A model generated the notes under the pieces. The model was not told the origin of the DNA and searched no databases. It worked only from the letters and a program-made list of their open reading frames with translations. Positions 42,298-53,777 of a stretch of DNA of 64,000 nucleotides are shown here, piece after piece. Positions within the stretch are counted from its first letter, which is position 1. Every line of letters begins with the position of its first letter. Origin of the DNA: Phaeosaccion multiseriatum (taxonomy: Eukaryota > Protista > Ochrophyta, other classes); assembly GCA_965112735.1 (NCBI GenBank), contig OZ218953.1, forward strand, positions 930,001 through 994,000, read 5' to 3'. The position numbers were made by a program, and so were the translations under genes.

Positions 42298-43502
42298 GCG
42301 GGTGGCGTCTCCCAGACCCCGAAGAGGACAGGCACCACAGTGGGGCGGGTGTAACAGTGTAGCCAGGCATAGGCAGGCATATAGGCAGGCGTGGGGATCT
42401 GCTGCTCTGCTGCTCCTCCTCCTCCTGCTGCTGCTGCTGCTGCTGTATCACCAACTGCTGGTGCTGGGAGGAGAGCCTCAGGGTGAACTGTCTCTCAGAC
42501 CCAGCGATGAGCCCTCCATTCTCGACCCGTGTGATGTGTGATGGGTAGGCGCTGCTGCTACTACTGCTAATAGTGCTACGAGTACTGTTGCTGCGTTGCT
42601 CATGCAAGTACCGCTGCTGGCAGTTTCTGAAACCTCGCGCAGAGCTGAGCCAAGCTGCGCGGAGTAGAGCTGTCAAATCCATCCAGTGATGGGGGCCCTA
42701 TTTACCTACCCACCTACCCACCTACCCTCCCTACTGCGGTTCAGTCCCGTACAGTGCAGCCCCCCAGCTCAGGCTCTCCGCGGAAGAGGGCATCATACAC
42801 ACACCACCTGGCCCGCACCCCTGACCAACAAGGAGGAGGAAAGCCTCGCAGGCCACACATCAGCGCCAAGGCCCAACAGCCTCTGGAGCCCCACCCAAGG
42901 AGGGGGCTGCCTACCCAGGGGGCGGACTACCCAGGGGGGGGGGGGCTACCCAGGTGTGGTGCTGCATCAGATGATGTGTCGGCGCATGGTGGCATCCCCC
43001 TCCACAAGTGTTGCTCCCATATGCTTGCGTATGCCTGGCAATGAGGGAAGCGAACACGCTCGGCCCTTGCTCCAGCTGCACGGTCGATCACTCCTTCAGG
43101 CCGGGAAATCCCCCCTTACTGAGGACCTCATTGAGCACCTCACTGAGGACAATGAAGCTTGAGTCATGCCCGTGTTGTGGGGACACTGAAGCAATGAGTC
43201 ATGCTGATGTGGGTGTGGGTGTGGGTGGCTTCCTCAACTTGTGCGTAACTGCCCCCGCCAGTGGACCTGTGCCGCGCTCCGGCCCTGCCCTTCGGCCCAC
43301 TTGCACCCGCTTGGTGGAATCGATTTTCCGATTTCGAATACCTTGGATTTCGACGGCTCGCATCTCGACGACCTCGTTCTTCTTTGGTCTCGACCACCTC
43401 CAACCACGTCGTTCCGCAGGGGCTGCGGCCCTGACGTGAGCAATGACCTAAGCAGCTCCGCAGAGCAACTGTGGCCCTGACCTCAGCAACGGCCTGAGCA
43501 CC

Positions 43503-46500
43503 TCAGCAGCGCACCTTAGCTAGAGCGTTGACGCACCCTATGATCTGTGCGTCCTCCTTGCAATTGTGGAAGAAGATCTGCGCGTAGCGGAAGCGAGGAG
43601 GCTGCTCTCAGGAGGGAGGAGTAACAGTTGGTGATACAGGAGGAGGAGGAGGAGGAGGAGCAGCGCGAGGGGGAGGAACACGGGGGGAAAGGGGCGTGAG
43701 GATGGAGGGGTATCCGGAGGGGTTGGCAGCTAAGGAGTGAAGGCAGCGCTTGCCGGCGGCACCCCTGACTTACCAACAACATCTCTGACTCACCACTGGT
43801 ACTAACCATTTCATTGCCATCTCAAGAAGAAGAAAAAACCCATCCACTAATGAAGAACCCCTTTGTATCACCAACTGCTGCTCAACCCTTAAATCCCCTC
43901 ACGAAAGATATGCAGTACTACAGTCCTCCCTAACACATGCCATCCTACCGTCCTCACTAACACTCCCCCATATCCGACTCACAAATGGCATCGCTGGCCC
44001 ACTCACACACACACTTTTTTACCATCCCTACCATCCCTTCCCACAGTACTCACCAACACTCACCCCATCCCCTTTACTCCCCTCCACTCACAAATGGCAC
44101 CGCTGACTCGCTCACAACCAACCACTCACCATCTCATCCCCTAAGGAGCACATGCAGTCCCACAGCCTTGACGTTTTGATGGAGGACATCTCCGCTATCT
44201 CTCTGTCCACCCCAAACAGCCACGATCCTATGGTTACATCCTCATTAGCAAAGGTTACGTAATGAGGCATGCCCTTGACAAGATGGTCCACCAACCCCTT
44301 GGAGATGAGGTAGAATGCGCCCTGAGAGGGGGAGGAGAGGAGAGGAGGGGAGGGATGGGGATGGGGATGAGGAGAGGGGAGGTAAGGGATCAGCCCATCT
44401 TTTCTTGACATGCCCATGGCCAGCGACACAGGAGGCAACAAGCGAGCACGTAAAGCAGGTAAGCAAGAAGGCAGGAGACAAGATAAAGCAAGCAAGCCAC
44501 ATGAACAAATTAGGCAAAAAGCACGCAAACACGCAGCAGGTTTCCGTACCTGCATGTAGACGGGGTAGCAGTTCATGCCCTCGAGCGTGTGGCTGATGAA
44601 GGCTTCATCGTACCACTTGTCGTTTGGGTCCATTATGACCTTACCGATGGGGTCACGAGGGTTCTTGGTGTCGCACACGGTGGGCACCCCAGCATAAATC
44701 TGGACAGGTAGACAGGCAGATGACAGGACAGGCAGGTAGGTAGGTAGGTAGGAGGGTAGGCAGGTAGGCAGGTAGGTAGGTAGATAGATAGGTAGGTAGG
44801 TAGGTAGGTAGGTAGGTAGGTAGGTAGGTAGATAGGTAGGCAGGCAGGTAGGTAGATAGGTAGGTGTGATGCAGCAGTAGTTGGTCATACAGGAGGAGGG
44901 GGGGAGGACAAGGAAAAGGAGGAGGGGAAGGAGGAGGACGAGGAGCAGGAAGAGGAGAAGAAGAAGAAGAAGAAGAAGAAGAAGAAGAAGAAGAAGAAGA
45001 AGAAGAAGAAGAAGAAGAAGAAGAAGAAGGAGGAGGAGGAGGGAATGCGAGCGAGGCAGGCTCAGGGGGCGCTTGGGTACAGGTAGGTCCGCCCCCCTGC
45101 TGTCCCCACGTGATACGTGTCTTGTCATGGCTCACCTTTTCTCTCTTCTCAAGGGGGATGGTGTGCAGGAAGCTGGCGAGTCGATCGAAGCACACAAAAG
45201 TATCATCATCACCCTTCATCAGGTACTGAAAGTCCAAGTGCTTCGCCTAAAGCACAAGACAAGACAAGAGGGACAGTCAGAGCAGCTGCCACGCCATGCG
45301 TATACTCTCCCTCTCTCCCCCCTTCCTCTCGTGTCGGGTGAGCAATGGTCCCTCTTCTCTTGGACTAAAGACACACCAGAAACACATCTCTCTCTCTCTC
45401 TGTGTGAGTGTTCCTCGCCCCGTCCTTCCCCTCTCTTCCACTCTCCCTCTGTCTCTCTCTCTCCCCCCCCCTCTCCCTCTCCCTCTACCTCCCTCTCTCT
45501 CTCTCTCTCTCCCTCCATCTCTCCCCCTGCCCCTCCCCCCTCTCCCTCTCTCTCTTCGGACTCACGACGCACCAGATACATCATCTTCTTCGTCTTCTGC
45601 ACGATGTTCTTGTAGCCCTTGGCGACGTCCACATAGAACATATCACCAACAAGCAGGCCCTCCTGAGCAGATGAGCAGGGCAGGTCGAAGGAGAGAAGCG
45701 CCAAGGAGGGGAGGAGGAGAGGAGAGCGGAGTGGGGCAGGGCACAGCATGGAACAGAGTTGGAGTTTGAGGAATGTCACATGTTCAGCAGTCTTCTTCGG
45801 TACAACAAATCGTCTTTGCTCGTGTGCTCCACGGAACAAGCAAGGCGATGGCAATTGATGGCAATAGAGGCTTTCATGGTCTCTCCCCTCCACCCCCCTC
45901 CCCCCCCCCCCTCCCCGTCAAATCCTCACACCTCTAGCTCCTAGCCCCATACACCTCTAGCTCCTAGCCCCATACACCTCTAGCTCCTAGCCCCATACAC
46001 CTCTAGCTCCTAGCCCCATACACCTGTAGCTACTAGCCCCATACACCTCTAGCTCCTAGCCCCATACACCTCTAGCTACTAGCCCCACCTCAGGCGCAGC
46101 AGGTCTTCCAACCACGAAGACAACCTTCAGGCTGTAGCGGACGTGGTGCCTCTGCGGGATGAAAATGGCGAAGGCAGGGGGGGGGGGCGTTAGTGATGCA
46201 GACGAGGGCAGGGAGCAGGAGGAGGAGGAGGCGGGAGGGGGAGGAGGAAGGAGCAGGAGAAGGAGAAGAAGAGGCAGAAGAGGAAGAAGAAGAAGAAGAA
46301 GAAAAAGAATAAGAACAAGAAGAAGGGGGTGGAGGAGGAGGAGGAGGAGACAGAAGAAGGGGGACACATTGACAGTGACATTGATACATTGCCTACCTTA
46401 TCGACGTGGGCCCATCCTCCGTATCTATCGTAGACCACCCTGAGAATATCTCGCTTGGCCCTGCCGTCCTCCGTGTTGGATGAGAAGACGGCAAATACCA

Positions 46501-46547
46501 TGTCGAAGTATTCAATGGGACGCTCTTGAACGCGCTTCTCGCCATCA

Positions 46548-46580
<33 letters not shown>

Positions 46581-47360
46581 GAGGAGGAGGAGGAGGAGGA
46601 GGAGAAGAAGGAGGGGGAGAAGAAGAAGAAGAAGGAGGAGGAGGCGGGAGGGGCAGGAGGAGGGGCGGGGAGGGGCGAGAGGGTGAAGGACAGGGGAGCC
46701 AAGAGTATGAGAAAAGAGTGTAGGGAGCGAGTGAGGAAAGCTGACAAAGGCTTCGCCAAACCATATGGAACGGACAAAGCATCGATTGGAGGACGTGAGG
46801 ACATGCCATGATGGCGCTACAAGGGTTTCACTTTAACCTTTCCTCCGTCTGCTCTGTCTACCACCCTCCCCCATCCCGTCAAGTAAAAGGTGCGAAAGAG
46901 ACGGCTCACTTACATCAGAGCCCACCGCTCGCACCACCGCTTGGGTCCCGTCGTGCTGCCCCACACCCTTCCGCTCGTGCTGTGGGAGTAAATTATATGT
47001 CTGGAGCCCTTCTCCAGATGCACTGTCTCGTAAGGCCCTTGCCTGCTGCAGCTGATGCCGCAGGTGAATGGAGAGGAGAGAGTGAGAGAGCACCGCTACC
47101 AATAGCACAGCACCCGCCAGCTTCAGCCCACTCCACCCCAGTTGCCGCACTCCCACCCTCTTCGGGCTCCTTCCTTCGGACGGACTCAAGCTCGCTGGTC
47201 CTCCCACTGTATCCGAGAAGGCAGTGGACGGTCTCTGTCCCAGCGGGCACGGAAAGAACCACGCAGGAAATGCGGAGAGCACCCCCCCTGCGCTGGACAG
47301 TGGACTGGCTGTAGGGCGAGCGAGGAAGGCGCGAAGGCGAGCTGCGGTGGAGCCACCCAT
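43503..47360 (-). CDS. GT31 family beta-1,3-galactosyltransferase-like type II membrane protein, ~8 exons
   Basis: Exons ~47360-46838, 46524-46397, 46151-46089, 45662-45573, 45246-45136, 44699-44550, 44321-44130, 43601-43503. TM LAGAVLLVAVLSHSLL; GYKNIVQKT, YLMKGDDDTFV, YPVYMQGAFY, NEDVTIGSW. Terminal exons less certain. Confidence 0.85.
45928..46086. repeat. 23-bp tandem repeat x~7 abutting a GT31 donor site
   Basis: CCTAGCCCCATACACCTCTAGCT array. Confidence 0.9.
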
Positions 47361-48061
47361 AGAGCGCCTGGGATGGGCAGGAATTGGGCGGGGCGGGGTG
47401 GGGCGGAGTGGAGTGGATGGCCGGCCGGCCGGACGGACGGGAGGGGGGGTTGAGGAAAAGGGGAAGGTGCGGAAAGGGAGGGAAGGAGCAGATGGGGTGC
47501 TTTTGCTTGCACTTACCGGTTCTTGCCGTTGGCCTCGCCATCAGGGGAGCTCCTCACGTCATCCGCGCCGTCCCTGCCTCCTGCATCCCCGAAATAAGCG
47601 GCACTGCCGCTGGACCCCAATTGGGGCGTGGTGCTGCTCAGCAGGCTGTTACTACTGCTATTGCCCGGTATGGCTGGCCTCTTCACTCTCCGTGGAGTAT
47701 TACTCTTGCTACTATTTGCGCTGTGTGGGCCACTGTTGTGCTCTCCTCCCGACAGGGACACTCTATAAGGGAGGGGCATGCTCTCATAACCTCACCGCCC
47801 TCTTGCTTTTTTTCTTCTCAATTCCTGGATGATGTCACTATCAACTTGCGATTCTCATGGCCTTTACCGTAGTAATCGGCTCTCTACATTGTATTCCATG
47901 GACAACCCCCCCCATTTTCTTTTCTCTATCTACTGCACCTCTTTCGTCCCCCTCACCCAAATTCCCAACGCCCGCTGGAGCACCAACATGCCAGGGACGG
48001 ACTCTCAACTCTTAAACTCTTATCAAACCCCTTTCTCTCTGAGAGACATGAGTAATATGTA

Positions 48062-49261
48062 ATGCTTGCTCATGCCCAGGAGGTGACAATGAATCAGCAG
48101 GAGTTCCCTGTTGCTACGGGGAAGAAGCGAGGGCTGCAAGGAGCTGGAGCAGTGGAGGGGGGGGAGGGAGTGCGAAAGATAGCAAAAAGCGGCGAGGGAG
48201 GACACCGGAAAGAGGGTGACACGTTCCTCTCTGATCGCCCGTCTTTCCTCTCCTCCCCTGGGGTTGCTTTCGCCCGAGATAGTCCAGAGGTGGGCGCGGA
48301 AGCAGCAGCAGTAGCCGCAGCGTCCGAAGCAGCGGCAGCAGCGGAGGGATCAGGGGAAGGAGTCCAACACGGCTTACGCTGCCGACATGCGAGGTTGAGC
48401 GGCCTGTGCGGGAGAGCAGCCGCAGTGAACGGCCTGTGCTTCCAGCACCACGGGGCCTCTCTCGCAAGGGGCAGTGGTGCCAATGGGCCTTCGCACGAGG
48501 TCGATGGACTGAAGGAAGCAGCCAGAGCAGCAGCGTCGTTTCCCGCTTCTCCCTGTGCAGCCGGTGGGGGGGGGCACGCGACCCCCACCGCGGGAGGAGG
48601 AAGGTTGTCCCCGATATCTCCTCCGTCTGGGCGGCCATATCCAGCGGTAACCACAACCGCTCCAACAGCAGAAACCGCAGGCGCGGTAGCAGCAGCAGCA
48701 GCAGCAGCAGCAGGAACAGCAGCACGAGATGGAAGAGGTGGGGTTTCAAAGCTGCCTGCTGAAATTGACCATGGGAGGACTGCGGGCTGGGTTTGGTTGG
48801 CCGGCGCGGCATACAGAAGGCAAAATCGGGACAAGTTTATAGCCGTAACGTGTCTCTCCTTCGGCTGCTCCCTGCCCGCCGCCAAGAACGGCCTGTGCTT
48901 CACACATCACGGGGCCATGCTGAAGCGGCGGAGCAACCCACCCCTCAAACCGAACCCACCCCAAATGGCGACTAAGGCAGCAGCAGCAGCAACCGCAGCA
49001 GCAACAGCAGCCGCCGCCGCAGCCGCAGCAGCAGCAGCAGCAGCAACAACAGCGTCGGATGCTTCTCCGGCGGAGGGAGGAGGGTACGGAGGGGGTCATC
49101 GTGCAGAGGAAGAAACAACAGTAGGCTCGGATCTGGGGGCAGCAGCATTAGCAGCAGCGGCGGCAGCAGCAGCGGCATCGGCACCGGGACTGAGCCTTAT
49201 GGAACCCTTCGCACTTCGGGCCCCACGAGCTTCGGCGGAGTGGGCGCTGGGGCGAGACTGA
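48062..49261 (+). CDS. Ala-rich hypothetical protein with two C-C-C-H(H) putative zinc-finger motifs
   Basis: 399-aa ORF; CRHARLSGLCGRAAAVNGLCFQHHG and CLSFGCSLPAAKNGLCFTHHG resemble WRKY19-like C3H fingers. Confidence 0.55.
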   Translation: MLAHAQEVTMNQQEFPVATGKKRGLQGAGAVEGGEGVRKIAKSGEGGHRKEGDTFLSDRPSFLSSPGVAFARDSPEVGAEAAAVAAASEAAAAAEGSGEGVQHGLRCRHARLSGLCGRAAAVNGLCFQHHGASLARGSGANGPSHEVDGLKEAARAAASFPASPCAAGGGGHATPTAGGGRLSPISPPSGRPYPAVTTTAPTAETAGAVAAAAAAAAGTAARDGRGGVSKLPAEIDHGRTAGWVWLAGAAYRRQNRDKFIAVTCLSFGCSLPAAKNGLCFTHHGAMLKRRSNPPLKPNPPQMATKAAAAATAAATAAAAAAAAAAAAATTASDASPAEGGGYGGGHRAEEETTVGSDLGAAALAAAAAAAAASAPGLSLMEPFALRAPRASAEWALGRD

Positions 49262-49492
49262 GCCGCATAGCTAGGTAGAGGCGTAGGAGCAGCAGTAGTA
49301 AAGCAGCAGCTAGGTAGAGGTGTGGCAGCAGCAGCAGTAGTAGAGCGGCAGCTAGATAAGAGGCATAGCAGCAGCAGCAGCAGTAGCAGCAGCAGCTAGG
49401 CAAAGCCACATCAGTAGAGCTAAAACACTTCCCTCGGGGCTTCTCTCTGTGGGCTCTATTCAATCCATCTCGAGCTGTGAATCACAGGCCCC

Positions 49493-49725
49493 TCACACCC
49501 TCCTTCCGCTCCCACCGCCTCCTCCTCCTCCTCCTCCTCCTCCTCCTCCTCCTCCCCCTCCTCCCCTCCCCTGTCGTCCTCTGCTTCTGTCCTCCCTCTC
49601 CCTGCTGTCGCCCCGCCCGCGCCTTTCCTGGAAGCCTCCACCCCCTCCCCCCCTTCCTCCTCGTCCTCCGCCTCCTCCTCCTCTGTCATACCTGCCTCCA
49701 CCCCTGTCATCGCCCCGCCCCTGCC

Positions 49726-49763
<38 letters not shown>

Positions 49764-51714
49764 GGTGGTAGCAGTTCGTCTCGCTGGTCCCTCTCCCTCG
49801 CCCTTTCTCTCCCCTCCCTCCCTCTCTCCCGGTCTCCGCCCCGGTCGCCGCCCCTACCGTACGACGAGTAATCCCTCCCTCCTCTACTACCACGCTCTCG
49901 CTCTCTCTCTCTCTCCCTGCTCCTGCTCCTCTTGGATCCCCTCTTCCTGCCCCTGTCCCTGCTCCTACTTCTGCTCCTCCGATGCCTGCTGCTCCTGCTG
50001 CTGCTGCTGCCGCCCCCCCCCTCCCCTTCCCCGTCGTCCATCCTCCTGCTCCCTCCTTCACCGTCCCCTCCTGTTCTCTCCTTCCTTCCCTCCTTGACTC
50101 TATCAGACGGCGATGAAACCCCCTCGCCGGTTTTTGGCGTTTCGCCTTCCCCTCTTGCCGGCAATGCCTTCTCCTCTTCCTTCCTCCCTCTACCACCACC
50201 ACCACCACTACCCTCCGCCTTCCTCGCTTCTGCTGCGGCGTGTAAAGATGGCTGCGGAGATGGGCCGTTGCGCACCCCCGCCTCGGCCGCAGGAGGCGTA
50301 GAAGCAGTGTTTGCGGCTATGCGGTCTCCTGTGCCGCCCGCTGCCACTTTGACTTTGCTATTGTCTTCTGTGCTTTGGGGGGCCGCACACACGGCATTCC
50401 CTGCAGCTGCCACTGTCACTGCCGCTGCCGCTGTTGTCGCCGTCGCTGCTGCTGCCGTCACTGCAGCAGCTACCGCCTGGCTCTTCTCCTCTCTCTCCTC
50501 CCTCTCCCGGTCCTCCACTCTCCTCATCTTGCTCCCATCTTTGAAAATACTGTACTCCGCCAGCGGCTCAATCCACTTGGCCTTTCTGCTCGTGCGTGTG
50601 GCGGCGGTACCCTCAACAGCATCACTCTCGCCCGTCTTCTTTTCCTTCCCTTCCTCCTCCTCCTCCTCCTCCTCCTCCTTCGTGACGTACAGTGCCAAGA
50701 TTGTATTGCAAATGACTCCCATTTCCTCAAAGTCCGCGCTGAAAAGCTCCCACCAAGGTGGAGAGGAGGGCAGGGCGATTTGCAGCACGCGGCTCGCCAG
50801 GTAGATGGCCGCACAGGCAATCACCTTTCCGTGGGCAGGGGCAGGGGTAGGGGCGCAGGCACATTCCGTGGGCAGGATGGGCAGGGACATTCCGTGGGTA
50901 GGGGCAGGGGCAAGGGCAGAGACAGAGACAGACAGGCAGGACACAGGCAGGCATGCAGGCAGGACAGAGGCAGGGAGGACACAGGCAGGCAGGGAGGACA
51001 GACAGGCAGGCATGCAGGCAGGACAGAGGCAGGGAGGACACAGGCAGGCAGGGAGGACAGACAGGCAGGCATGCAGGCAGGACAGAGGCAGGGAGGACAC
51101 AGGCAGGCAGGGAGGACAGACAGGCAGGCATGCAGGCAGGACAGAGGCAGGGAGGACACAGGCAGGCATGCAGGCAGGACAGAGGCAGGGAGGACACAGG
51201 CAGGCAGGGAGGCAGGACACAGGCAGGCAGGCAGGACACAGGCAGGCAGGGAGGACAGACAGGCAGGCAGGCAGGACACAGGCAGGCAGGGAGGACAGAC
51301 AGGCAGGCAGGCAGGCAGGTAGAGAGAGAGGTGGGGATCGAAAGTAGTGCCCCACGGGTCGGAGGGGAAGTAGCAGCGGAGCGGAGAGAAGGAACAAAGA
51401 AAAGATGCGGGAGGGAGAGGAGGGAGAGGAGGGGGACAAGAGGGAGGGGCATCCAGTGAGGGATATGCAGCGAGGCTTCATTTCCACGGAGGGGAAGGGG
51501 GGCTCTTATTCTATATGCGTGAGGGAGGGGAGGGAAGGGCGCTTCACTTTCTTGAGCGAGTGAAGTCCTTACCTCTGCTCTATATCTCAGGCACAGGTCA
51601 GTCCGAAGGCTGTCGTTGAGGTAATTCCAAGCCGTTTGAATGGCATTCTCCTCCAGATCGAGAATCTGAGTGGGCAGGAGACGAGAGTGGGGGTGCGGGG
51701 GAGGAGAGGAGGCA

Positions 51715-51769
<55 letters not shown>

Positions 51770-53385
51770 AGAGCAGTGAGTTACTCTAGCCATACGTGAC
51801 AAGTCCAGCTAAGCCAAAGCCAAGCCAAAGCCAAGGCAAGAAGGGAAGGGGGGGGGGGAGTTAAGCCGAGTCCAGGCAAGCCAACGAGGCAGAGCACGGG
51901 ATGGAACAAATCTCGACGAGAGTCGTTCCTCTCCATCTTCTCTCTTCCTCCCCCCCCTTTCTCCCTACCTCCCTCCCCCCCCCCCCCCTCTCTTCCCCTC
52001 CCTCTCTCTCCCTCCTCCCTCCCTCCCTCCCTCCCTCCCCCTTCCCTCTCTTCCCCCCTCCCTCCCTCCCTACCTCCCTCCCTCCCTCCCCCCCTCTCCC
52101 CCCCCCCCATCTCTCGCTCAGCACGGACGGACCTTGACGTAGTAGAGAATGAACTTGTGGGGGTGGTCCATGATGTTGTAAAAGCCAAAGCCGAGCTCCT
52201 TCAGCACGTGTTTTTCTGTAACCGTCATGGCGCGCTTGAGCTCATCATACACCACCGACGGTACTATGAGAGGTATCAACGGCAGCCCTCGCCGGCGCTG
52301 AGGACCGGACAGACGGACGGACGGACGGGGGGGGGAGGGGGGAAGGCGAAGAGGGAGTGGGGGTGGACGAGAAAGACACAGGGGTGGGTGTGAAGAAAGG
52401 AATGGGAGGGAAGGAGGGACGGAAGAAGGGAGAAATAGCAAGAGGAGCTGGGGTTGGTTAGGTGGGGGTGACCGCCACGACGGCATCTGTGTCATGAAAG
52501 GGCGAGGGAGGTCCATGGAAGTTCCACACATGGTACAGAATGAGAGCCTCAACCCCCCCCCCCCCCATCTCCTTTCCCTCCCTCCTCTGCACCTACCTGA
52601 TACAGTCTGTGGAACACCAGCACCACCTCCCTTGTTCGCTTAGGGCACTCTTCAATCTTTGTGGCCAGCAGCGTGCAGCCCATGGCGGCTGAGAAGGCGT
52701 CGAAGCGGTGCAGGCCTGATGGTAGGGAGGGGGGGGTGGAGGGTGGAGGTGAGGCAGGCATGGATGGCTACAAGAGGGAAGACAGAGCTGCTGCAAGCGG
52801 GAGAAGTCTACTGTACAGAGGGAGATGCGCGGAGATGCGCTGTTGGGCGGGAGACAGAACAAGTCAATCACTCATCCTTCGTCATAGACGTAGCTGCCTT
52901 CCTCGACCAGCTGGAGTACTCGAGAAAGTGCTTGTGCTGACGCTTATGGGGTAAGTGCGGGTGGTGTGCTCACAGGGCATGGTACCTTTTCTGTAGAAGA
53001 AGCGTTGCAAAATGGTCTGCGCAGTGCACATGACCACCTGCGGACAGCGCAGCAGAATGCCCGCCTCCGCGCACAGCTCGCAGCCCCACACACGGTGCGC
53101 CCTCTCCTCCTCCCGGGTCAGACCGCCCGTGAGCGACGGAGGCTCCTCCAGAACGTGGCTCGGCAGTATGACGGTACGGTGCCACTCCTTCTTCTCCTTG
53201 ACGGTCAGCTCCTCCACACCTTTCAAGGGCTCCAGCACAGCGCTACTATCGGCCCCATTCGAAGCGGCTGTATCCACCAACGAGGAGCTTGGGCCTCCCT
53301 CCGTGACAGCAGGAATCGCAGCAGCGGGGAGGGGCGAGCGCTTCGGCGGCTTGCCCTTGCCCCCGTCTGCCTCACTCGGCGGCAT
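49493..53385 (-). CDS. CCNL1: Cyclin L with C-terminal RS-rich domain, 5 exons
   Basis: Exons 53385-52986, 52715-52597, 52297-52133, 51665-51573, 50824-49493. GCELCAEAGILLRCPQVVMCTAQTILQRFFY, LATKIEE, EKHVLKELGF, HPHKF, AWNYLNDSLRTD, IACAAIYLA, RSRSRSRDR. Confidence 0.92.
50930..51320. repeat. Intronic GGCA-rich ~59-bp tandem repeat
   Basis: Visible. Confidence 0.85.
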
Positions 53386-53777
53386 CAATTATATCTAACT
53401 CCACAGGTCGAAGTCTCCTCCTCTATGGGCTGCTTTTTTCCTCTTATATATCCCCTCCAGGAGGCTCGCCCGAGGCAAAGGCAATTCCCAAACCGACTTT
53501 TTGTGGGTCGCTCCTCCTCTAGGACGAGCGCTTATTCGCGAACACAATCAGAATGAATACCTCCGCAACAACAGGAGGGGACGGGAAGCAGCGGTTGTCG
53601 GCCTTTCTCTCGGAGACGAGATTGATGGCCATCGGCTGCCATCGACTTGTCTGTCTGCTGCCATCTCTCGTAACCGAATCGAGGGATCGATCGAAACTGA
53701 TTTGTTTTACGCGCCTCCTCTCTGGAGGAGGATATATAAGAGACTTACGGAGAAATACAGACCGGGAGGGGGACGCG

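Noticed and set aside
42300-43480. ORFs with CxxC pairs as a retroelement remnant or gene
   Set aside because: No recognisable domain or coherent exon chain.
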